Part shown: positions 1 through 7,620 of the stretch, one piece after another
Layout: each line of letters starts with the position of its first letter
Numbering within the stretch: the first letter of the stretch is position 1
Assembly: GCA_964513145.1 (NCBI GenBank)
Contig: CAZELK010000010.1
Location: forward strand, 1-14,521
Length of the DNA stretch: 14,521 nucleotides
Direction: 5' to 3'
DNA from: Candidatus Woesearchaeota archaeon
GTDB lineage: Archaea > Nanobdellota > Nanobdellia > SCGC-AAA011-G17 > JACPIM01
The notes under the pieces: generated by a model
Database searches by the model: none
Seen by the model: only the letters and a program-made list of their open reading frames with translations
What the model was told of the DNA's origin: nothing
Made by a program: the position numbers and the translations under genes

Positions 1-60
1 TAGACAGAAAGCTAAATTATCTTATTATAATTATCAGAGGATTGCACCAGAGCCTTTTAA

Positions 61-82
61 CGAAATGTTTATATATAAGTCA
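61..82 (+). promoter_or_regulatory. Archaeal BRE-TATA promoter upstream of ORF 148
   Basis: CGAAATG-TTTATATA-TAAGTCA: purine-rich BRE-like element directly followed by a TTTATATA box. It is 21/22 identical to 2430-2451. Confidence 0.7.
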
Positions 83-147
83 CTATCAATATTGAGTTAA
101 ATAGTTTAATTACTATATAATAAATAATATATCTGGGGGTATGTATA

Positions 148-576
148 ATGGAATATAAAACAAAAGAAAATATATATCAAAAACAAAATTCTTTTTTTAA
201 CAGGGCTGTTTCTGGTTTAACTGGCTTAGCCTTATTGGCTAGCACAACTTTTAGCACATCCGGATGTGTTGAAACTATTAATGGGGTAAGAATTAGAGCT
301 GATGATACTTCTAGACGCGAGAAATTACCTGGAACTGGTAATCCTTTTGGTGACAAAGATAAAAAAGATGATGACTCTAATATTGGAGTTCTTGGCTGGA
401 TAAAAGAAAACCCAGGAAAAACTGCAATTATAGCTGGTTCAGTAATCGCTATTGGTTATGGTTCTTATGAATTGTACAAAGTGTTTGATAAAGACAAGGA
501 TGATGATTTACCACTTCCTTTACAAACTCCTCCTTTTGGTGGTGGAAATGGACCTGGTGGACCTGGCGGAAATTAA
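148..576 (+). CDS. Hypothetical membrane-anchored protein, possible lipoprotein, with a Gly/Pro-rich tail
   Basis: 142-aa ORF preceded by GGGGGT. It has a hydrophobic N-region ending in a lipobox-like STSGC, a second hydrophobic stretch (TAIIAGSVIAIGYG) and a C-terminal PPFGGGNGPGGPGGN. No family recognised. Confidence 0.7.
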   Translation: MEYKTKENIYQKQNSFFNRAVSGLTGLALLASTTFSTSGCVETINGVRIRADDTSRREKLPGTGNPFGDKDKKDDDSNIGVLGWIKENPGKTAIIAGSVIAIGYGSYELYKVFDKDKDDDLPLPLQTPPFGGGNGPGGPGGN

Positions 577-585
577 GGAGAAAAA

Positions 586-2403
586 ATGAAAAAATTATTT
601 ATCTTATTTTTAATTTTAAGTTTACTTACAAGCATAGTTAATGCTGAAGTATTTGTAAATTATAATTTAAAAGAAGGAAGAATTGATAGAAATCTTAATT
701 TTCAGCCAACTAATATAGATATTAACGGGGTTAATGTCATTGGTTTTACATGCTTAGATGATAATTGTGAAAATCTTGGGGGAACTATTTTTAGTAGTGA
801 AAGCAGTCTTACTTTAAATTCTGGTGAAAATTTATTTGTACAATTAAATTACCCAACTAATTTATTGAGTAATTATGGTTATGCTGTTTATTTTTTTAAA
901 GATGGTTATATTCCTTGGGAACAAAACCCTAATTGGTTTGGTATTGGAGAAGCGCCTGAATATTATAATGTTTATTTAACCAAGAAAGAGGTTTGCTCAA
1001 GCAAAATTGAAGAAGTTAAGATAACAAATACCCAGAGACCAAATACTCCCGTTGTAATTTCTGTAAAAGCAGATGTTGATGCCAATATAATGTCAGCAAT
1101 TACAGAAGGAATTGGACCTTTAAAGGCTATTCCAGACTTATTAAGAGACCAATATTCTGTAAAAACTTTAGTAACTTTAGATATTTTAGCAAATGACAAT
1201 TTAGTTATATCCCAACAAAAAGAAGTAAAAACTTTATTTGGTCAAGCAGGAAATGCTGAATTTGAGTTTACACCCATAGAAAGCGGGGATTATACTGCTG
1301 TTGTAACAACTGACGTAACTGATGAAAAATGCATTGATTCAGAAATTGATTCTGAAGAAAAAGACTTTTTTGTATTAAGTGAAAATCCCTTAAATATGTG
1401 CTATACTGAATTAGAAGACCTGGAATTAAGCAGCACTAATTTAAATGTTAATGAAAATTTAATTGTTGGGTTTAATAAATTGAGCAACTTGCAGATTGAT
1501 CAAGCAAATGATATTATTGAACCAATATCTACAACTATCCAATTGGAATTAAGAAATTTTAATACCGGACTAGTTGTTTTCGAAAAAATATTTGAACTTG
1601 GAAAAAATGACGACACTACCAATATTAAAGAATTTAGTCTTTCCATTAACATACCAGACTATCTTGAGAATGGGTTTTATGATTTATCAATTAATGGGAA
1701 AGGAAATGAAGTCAGATGCAGTGAAGACAATAAAGCTGATTTTTTACAAGAAACTATTTTCATAGAAAATAAGGGCATATTTAATCAGGCACCAAAAATA
1801 ATTTCTGAACCAGTAACAAATGCTGAACTGGGAAAAAATTATTTTTATGATGTTGAAGCAGTTGACCCTAATGGTGATTTTTTAAGTTATAGTTTATTAT
1901 TTGGTCCCCAAGGAATGAACATTGATCCAATAACTGGATTAATAACCTGGAATGTTAATGATAATTTATTTAACAATGAACAAAAAGTTAATGTCTGGGT
2001 CTTAGTAAGTGACGGTTTCTTTTTTGATTCCCAATTTTATACAATAACTATTGATGGGATTACAATTGATAAAATTACCAGAGAACATGAATTGAGTTTC
2101 TCTGGATTAAATTTAGAAACAAGCAATCTTGAAGATGGAATAAATGGATTTATACAATTAAAAAATAGTGGTGATTTTAAAGAAAATGAAATATCAATTA
2201 CAGCAGATATTTATGAATTAGGAATACATGAAGTTTTAACTAATAATATTAATCTGGGAAGAAGAGATTCTTTCTGGATTCCAATAAATATTGACCTGCC
2301 TTCGAATGTTGCTGAAGGTGACTATTTGTTAAATGTAAGATTATCAAATAGAAGACATTCTGAAGAAAAGATTATAGTGTTGTCTATTAGTGATAACAAT
2401 TAA
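586..2403 (+). CDS. Secreted multi-domain surface protein with a putative Ig/cadherin-like domain
   Basis: 605 aa with SD-like TAAGGAG overlapping the upstream stop and a class I signal peptide (MKKLFILFLILSLLTSIVNA|E). NQAPKIISEP...YDVEAVDPNGDFLSYSLLFGPQGMNIDPITGLITW...VSDG (about 1783-2055) matches the putative-Ig (He_PIG)/cadherin-like pattern. The C-terminal segment looks like a CARDB-type beta-sandwich. Confidence 0.8.
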   Translation: MKKLFILFLILSLLTSIVNAEVFVNYNLKEGRIDRNLNFQPTNIDINGVNVIGFTCLDDNCENLGGTIFSSESSLTLNSGENLFVQLNYPTNLLSNYGYAVYFFKDGYIPWEQNPNWFGIGEAPEYYNVYLTKKEVCSSKIEEVKITNTQRPNTPVVISVKADVDANIMSAITEGIGPLKAIPDLLRDQYSVKTLVTLDILANDNLVISQQKEVKTLFGQAGNAEFEFTPIESGDYTAVVTTDVTDEKCIDSEIDSEEKDFFVLSENPLNMCYTELEDLELSSTNLNVNENLIVGFNKLSNLQIDQANDIIEPISTTIQLELRNFNTGLVVFEKIFELGKNDDTTNIKEFSLSINIPDYLENGFYDLSINGKGNEVRCSEDNKADFLQETIFIENKGIFNQAPKIISEPVTNAELGKNYFYDVEAVDPNGDFLSYSLLFGPQGMNIDPITGLITWNVNDNLFNNEQKVNVWVLVSDGFFFDSQFYTITIDGITIDKITREHELSFSGLNLETSNLEDGINGFIQLKNSGDFKENEISITADIYELGIHEVLTNNINLGRRDSFWIPINIDLPSNVAEGDYLLNVRLSNRRHSEEKIIVLSISDNN

Positions 2404-2429
2404 TTTGTACACGATATAGTGGTTACTAC

Positions 2430-2451
2430 CGAAAGGTTTATATATAAGTCA
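2430..2451 (+). promoter_or_regulatory. Archaeal BRE-TATA promoter upstream of ORF 2503
   Basis: CGAAAGG-TTTATATA-TAAGTCA, a near-consensus BRE plus TATA box in the intergenic gap. Confidence 0.75.
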
Positions 2452-2502
2452 TAACTGCAGAATAACAACAATTAAAATTTACCAAATATGGGGGAAATAA
2501 AA

Positions 2503-3795
2503 ATGAAGAAACTTGGTTTTATGATAATGTTTTTATTTAGTTTATTAGTTTCAAGCAGTGTATTTGCTGCTGTTTCTAACGATTACAATATTGATCCATT
2601 TAATGGGGTTGAAGTTGATGGCACAAAAATTGTTCCGACAATGTTTGGCGGAAATGAAGTTATTGTTGAAAGGGGGCAAGCATTACCTGTTGATGTTTTG
2701 GTTCATGGTTTTAACAATATTGATAATATCAGGGTTGAAGCAAGCATAAAAGGTTATGAAAGGGGAAGCATAAGAGCAGAATCTGATATTTTTGAATTAG
2801 ATCCTAATACTGATAAAAAAGTTTCCTTAGTTTTGGATGTACCAAGTGACTTAGATGCATCAAAAACTTACACATTAGTTGTTGAAGTTAATGATGACAG
2901 AAATGGCTTTGCTTGGGAATATTCTTTAAGAGTAAAAGAACAAAGACATTTATTGAATGTTTTAGATGTAATATTCAGACCAAGTTCAACAGTAGAAGCT
3001 GGAAGAATTTTAAGATCTGTTGTAAGAGTAGAAAACCTGGGTGCTAAAATTGAAAAAGACATTAAAGTTACAATAAGCATTCCTGAACTTGGAGTTTCTA
3101 CAAGAGACTTTGTAGACAAGTTAGTTACTTTAAATGACAAGGGAGATGATGAAAGTTCATTATCTACAAATGAGTTGTTATTACAAATACCAAAAGATGC
3201 AAAAGAAGGAGATTATGATGTTAAAGTTGATATCGAATACAATAGGGGAAGCGATATTGTAACATTAAGAAAAAGTGTTCATGTTTTAGGACAAAAAGCA
3301 ACTGCTGATGATTCAGATGCTATTATAAGCATTGATTCAACAACCAAGGCTTTAGGAAGAAATGAAGAAACTACATTTAAGTTAACTTTTGCTAATCTAG
3401 CTGAAAACAGAAAATTATACAATGTTGAAGCTGTTGGTGCAGGCACCTGGGCTGATATTTCAATTGAACCAAGTTTCCTTAGTGTTGGTGCTAATGAGGC
3501 TGGAGAATTGCTTGTTAAAGTAAAGTCAAAAGAAAATGCAGCTTTGGGTCAGAAAGTGTTTACATTGAAGTTAACATCAGACAACAAACCTCTTAAAGAG
3601 ATTAATCTGAATGTTGATGTAACTGAACAAACAACTGGCTTTGGAACACCTAATTTAAGAAAAGTTTTGGAAGTATTGTTTGCAGTTTTAATCTTGGTTT
3701 TAATTGTTTTAGCTTTGATAATTGCTTTTAAAAGGGCAAGAGGAAGCGAACAAGGACCTGGAGTAGAAACAAACTCTGAACAAACTTATTACTAA
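2503..3795 (+). CDS. Membrane-anchored surface protein with CARDB/S-layer-like beta-sandwich domains
   Basis: The ORF is open from 2488, but the ATG at 2503 follows GGGGGA and begins a signal peptide (MKKLGFMIMFLFSLLVSSSVFA). It has Ig-fold-like segments (VRVENLGAKIEKDIKVTISIPELG; EGDYDVKVDIEY), a C-terminal TM helix (VLEVLFAVLILVLIVLALIIAF) and a short tail ending QTYY. Confidence 0.8.
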   Translation: MKKLGFMIMFLFSLLVSSSVFAAVSNDYNIDPFNGVEVDGTKIVPTMFGGNEVIVERGQALPVDVLVHGFNNIDNIRVEASIKGYERGSIRAESDIFELDPNTDKKVSLVLDVPSDLDASKTYTLVVEVNDDRNGFAWEYSLRVKEQRHLLNVLDVIFRPSSTVEAGRILRSVVRVENLGAKIEKDIKVTISIPELGVSTRDFVDKLVTLNDKGDDESSLSTNELLLQIPKDAKEGDYDVKVDIEYNRGSDIVTLRKSVHVLGQKATADDSDAIISIDSTTKALGRNEETTFKLTFANLAENRKLYNVEAVGAGTWADISIEPSFLSVGANEAGELLVKVKSKENAALGQKVFTLKLTSDNKPLKEINLNVDVTEQTTGFGTPNLRKVLEVLFAVLILVLIVLALIIAFKRARGSEQGPGVETNSEQTYY

Positions 3796-3878
3796 GCTTT
3801 TTTTTAAAAAGCTTAAGCAAAAACTCTATTTATTTTTTTTTTAAAAAGCTTAGGCAAAAAAATTTATTTATTTTTTTT
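3793..3878. terminator. Hairpin plus oligo-T tracts between convergent genes (partly duplicated)
   Basis: TAAGCTTTTT-TTT-AAAAAGCTTA is a perfect 10-bp inverted repeat (3793-3815) overlapping the stop codon. T-runs follow at 3798-3805, 3833-3842 and 3871-3878. Confidence 0.55.
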
Positions 3879-4079
3879 AAAATTTATTAATTCTATTATC
3901 AATATTAATGCTATTAATACAGTTAGAACTATTGTAATCATAGCAAAATTTAAAGATAGGGTGTTGAATTCTTTAACAGAAGAGCCAGTTATAGCTACAT
4001 CTGCAAAAACACTTAAAAAAGCAAAAATTACAGCAAAAATTACAATAACAAATATTATCTCTTTATTTCCCATGAGCAT
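3864..4079 (-). CDS. Small two-TM hypothetical membrane protein
   Basis: 71-aa ORF (alternative start 4073) with two long hydrophobic stretches and a basic C-terminus, starting 29 nt after the smc stop. Confidence 0.6.
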   Translation of the reverse strand: MLMGNKEIIFVIVIFAVIFAFLSVFADVAITGSSVKEFNTLSLNFAMITIVLTVLIALILIIELINFKKNK

Positions 4080-4108
4080 TATATATTATCAAATCTATAA
4101 ATAGTTTA

Positions 4109-7100
4109 TTAAAGTTTTAATGATGTTACTTTAGACATACCATTTTTTTGCATTGATATGCCATAAACCTGTTCTGCTTCACAAATTACAGAATCATTAT
4201 GCGATATTAATATATATTGGGCTTTTTTTGAATATTTAGATACTAATTTAGACAATAACAGGGAATTTTCTTTATCCAAGGCAGCGTCAATTTCATCCAT
4301 AAGATAAAAACTAGCTGGTTTAAATTCCTGTATTGCGAATATGAATGCCAGGGCAGTTAATGTTTTTTCACCGCCACTTAAACTTTTTATATCCAAAAAC
4401 TTATTGTTAGCTAGCTTTACTTTTATATCTAAGCCAGCATTTAATGGATTTTCCTTGTCTTCCAGTTCTAAAAATGCCTCTCCTTTTTCAGAAAGGCTTA
4501 AAAAAATACTTCTGAAATTCTCTTCAACAACATTGAATGTTTTCATAAATATGCCCTGCTTTTTACCTTCTATTTCATACATTAATTTTAGAATGTCTTC
4601 TTTTTCTACTTTTATTACTTCAGATTTTTCAATTAATTTTTTGTATTCTGTTTCTATTGTTTCATAAACTTCCAAGGCCCTTAAATTTACATTTCCAATA
4701 GTTTTAATTTCCTTTTCAAATTCATGTATTTCTGATTTTAATTCTTCGGGTGTTACTGATCTTCTTATTTTTGCATCATTAAACTGCTCAAATTCCTTTG
4801 ATATAGCTTCGAATTCAGCAACTATTTTAGCCCTTTTTAAAGACAATTCATTTAATCTTGATTCTATTTCTTTTACCTTGAATTCTTCATTTGATATACT
4901 GCCTTCATTTTTCTGGATATCTTCATTAAATAAATTTCTCTTTGCGAATAAAGACTTATATTCAGAAAAGAATTCTTTTTCCTGCTTTTCTTTTTCTTTA
5001 AGCAATCTTGAATTTGTTTCTATAAACTCTTTTAATTTTATCAGTTCTTCTGAGAATAAATGTATTTCTTTTTCATGATCTTTTATTATTTTTTCTATTT
5101 TCTCTCTCTCTGGCGTGTATATTGTATTAACCTGGCTTATGAAATTTTTTAATTCAGTTTCATTTTTTGCTATCTGTATTTTTATTTCTTCTTTTGTTTT
5201 TTCAAAATCAGTTAACTTGCTTAGAACTTCAGGGTTTCTTATTTCCTTTTCTTTGTCTTTTATTTTGTCTCTTTTTGATTTTATTGAATCCAAATCTTTT
5301 TGCAGATTATTTATCAAGCCATCTATTTCTTTAAGACTATTAGTCAATTTCCTTTGCTCCTCAGCAAGTTTTGTTTTATCTTCCCTTAATTTATTTATAT
5401 CGCTTATCTGGTATGTCTTTTCAAACTTAATTATTTCTGCTTCGTATTCTGCTTTTCTTTCTTTTAATTTTGTGACTGCTTCTTCCAATTCTATTTTCCT
5501 GTCTTCTAGCGAGCTTATCTCTGACTTAAAAGAAGAAGTTTCTTTTTCAAATTTTAAGATTTCATCATCATATTGTTTTTCCTTAAATACTGTAAATTTC
5601 TTTGCCCTATAACCGCCGACTATAGCACCAGACTGCTCAAATAAGTCACCTTCTAAAGTGACCATCCTAGCTTTTCCAACACCAAGCCTTCTTGCAGAAT
5701 CTACATCTTCCAAAACAAGAGTGTCTGTAAAAACATAAGAAAAAACATTTTTAAATTCCGGAGAGTGATGTATAAGATTAATTGCCAAACCATGAACTCC
5801 TTTTTGATTTAGTAATTTCTTTACTTCATCTCGTGGAGGCTTGCCTGATATTTTATTTAGGGGCAAAAAAATTGCAACACCAAGCTTATTTTCTTTTAAT
5901 GTATTTATACAACTTGCAGCAACTTCATCATCTTTGACAACAATACTATGAAGCCTTGGACCAGCAGCTACTTCCAGAGCAAGTGAAAATTTTGAATCAA
6001 CTTTCCCAAGATCAGCTATTGTCCCATAAACCCCTTTTAGCTTCATTGACAATATTTTTTTTATAGATAAATTGCCTGACAATGATTCTTTAATTGTAAT
6101 ATCCTTTGCCTTTAATTTTATTAAATCTTCATTTGCTGCAAGTAATTTAGACCTTAATGAAGATAATTGGGAAGAAATAATTGAATTTTCCCCTAATTTC
6201 TGGTTTAATTCTTTTGTGATCTCCTTATATTTCTCCCTTAAATCTTTTATCTCTTTTTTATTATCAACAATTAAGATATTATTAAGACGGCTTAGCTCTG
6301 ACTCTACCCTTTCTTTGCTTAAAGATAGTGATCCTTTCTCTTCTTTCTTTTTTAATAAATTATTTTGTGTTTCCTCTATTTCTTTATCTACTGACTCTAA
6401 ATTAAAATCTTCCAATAAATCGTGATTTTTCTTAAACTTGTTAATCTCTTCTTTTAATGATTCTTCTTTTTTTACCAAGACTGAATTCTTTTCTTCAATT
6501 GATTTTTTCTCTTTTAACAGATGCTCTATTTTTTGTTTTAAATCCTCGTTATTTTGCCTTAACTGAATAATTCTTTCTTTAATCTTTTTTAATTCTGACT
6601 CATAATTATCAACTTTTGTTTTATCCTTAACCAAGGATGTTTTTAATTGCTCTATTTCTTTTTGAATTTGTATCTGCTCTTTTTCGCCTTTTTCTTCTAT
6701 TTTAAAATTTAATTCTTTTAATTCTTCTTTCTTATTTTTTATATTTGCCTTTAATTCATCTATTTTTGAATTAATTTTATTTATCTGTTCTTGAGATGAA
6801 TTGACTTTATCTTCTACTTCTTTTTTCTTTGCTTCCCTATCTTTGATTTCAAAATTTAATAAAGTCGCTTTATTGTCCCTTAATTTTTCTTCTAATTCCT
6901 TAAATTTTAATGCCTGGTCTCTGTCTTTTTTTAGTTCTCTTAAATGCGCTTCTCTTTCTGTTAAGATAATAGTTGCCTCATTAATTTTTGTCTCAACTTT
7001 ACCTAGTTCAAGCAATGCTTTTTGTTTTCTATCTTCGTAAACTGATATGCCTGAAGCATCCTCGATTATTTTTCTTCTATCTTCTGGCTTCATTTCAGCC

Positions 7101-7549
7101 ATTGAGATTATATCGCCCTGGTTGACAATATTATGCCCACCAGGATCTATTTTTGCTGCCCTAATTAATTCCAAAACCTGCTGTCTTGTTCTTTTTTCAT
7201 CATTTATTCTGTAAATACTCTGACCATTCTGTCTTACATATCTGGATAGTTTTACTTCATCAGAGTCTATTGGAAATTCCCTTTTTTCATTATCAAAAAA
7301 AATACTTACTTCAGCTTCTTTCATTGGCGCTGATGTTTTTCCGCCATTAAAAATTAAATTTGATGATTTTTCTGCTCTTATTGACTTTGCAGACAATTCA
7401 CCAAGAACAAAAATAACTGATTCATTTATATTACTTTTACCACTTCCATTAGCCCCAATAACACAATTAAAGCCATTACCAAATTCCAGCTCTGTTGGGC
7501 TAGCAAATGACTTAAAACCCTTTAATCTTAGTTTCTTTATTATAGTCAT
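4109..7549 (-). CDS. smc: Chromosome segregation protein SMC
   Basis: 1146 aa. N-terminal GFKSF, Walker A GANGSGKS, long coiled coils, a central hinge (GVYGTIADLG...LPLNKI...VTLEGDLFEQSGAIVGG), signature LSGGEK, Walker B/D-loop FYLMDEIDAALD and H-loop ISHN. Confidence 0.97.
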   Translation of the reverse strand: MTIIKKLRLKGFKSFASPTELEFGNGFNCVIGANGSGKSNINESVIFVLGELSAKSIRAEKSSNLIFNGGKTSAPMKEAEVSIFFDNEKREFPIDSDEVKLSRYVRQNGQSIYRINDEKRTRQQVLELIRAAKIDPGGHNIVNQGDIISMAEMKPEDRRKIIEDASGISVYEDRKQKALLELGKVETKINEATIILTEREAHLRELKKDRDQALKFKELEEKLRDNKATLLNFEIKDREAKKKEVEDKVNSSQEQINKINSKIDELKANIKNKKEELKELNFKIEEKGEKEQIQIQKEIEQLKTSLVKDKTKVDNYESELKKIKERIIQLRQNNEDLKQKIEHLLKEKKSIEEKNSVLVKKEESLKEEINKFKKNHDLLEDFNLESVDKEIEETQNNLLKKKEEKGSLSLSKERVESELSRLNNILIVDNKKEIKDLREKYKEITKELNQKLGENSIISSQLSSLRSKLLAANEDLIKLKAKDITIKESLSGNLSIKKILSMKLKGVYGTIADLGKVDSKFSLALEVAAGPRLHSIVVKDDEVAASCINTLKENKLGVAIFLPLNKISGKPPRDEVKKLLNQKGVHGLAINLIHHSPEFKNVFSYVFTDTLVLEDVDSARRLGVGKARMVTLEGDLFEQSGAIVGGYRAKKFTVFKEKQYDDEILKFEKETSSFKSEISSLEDRKIELEEAVTKLKERKAEYEAEIIKFEKTYQISDINKLREDKTKLAEEQRKLTNSLKEIDGLINNLQKDLDSIKSKRDKIKDKEKEIRNPEVLSKLTDFEKTKEEIKIQIAKNETELKNFISQVNTIYTPEREKIEKIIKDHEKEIHLFSEELIKLKEFIETNSRLLKEKEKQEKEFFSEYKSLFAKRNLFNEDIQKNEGSISNEEFKVKEIESRLNELSLKRAKIVAEFEAISKEFEQFNDAKIRRSVTPEELKSEIHEFEKEIKTIGNVNLRALEVYETIETEYKKLIEKSEVIKVEKEDILKLMYEIEGKKQGIFMKTFNVVEENFRSIFLSLSEKGEAFLELEDKENPLNAGLDIKVKLANNKFLDIKSLSGGEKTLTALAFIFAIQEFKPASFYLMDEIDAALDKENSLLLSKLVSKYSKKAQYILISHNDSVICEAEQVYGISMQKNGMSKVTSLKL

Positions 7550-7620
7550 TTTACGATAAAATCAAATCTTTTTTTATCTAAATACTTATTCTTCCCTTTA
7601 TAAATTCTCTGACTGAAATT

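Noticed and set aside
2-100. Open frame at the left edge (RQKAKLSYYNYQRIAPEPF...LSILS-stop)
   Set aside because: It may be the tail of an upstream gene, but it is short, has no start in the window, overlaps the promoter and shows no recognisable motif.
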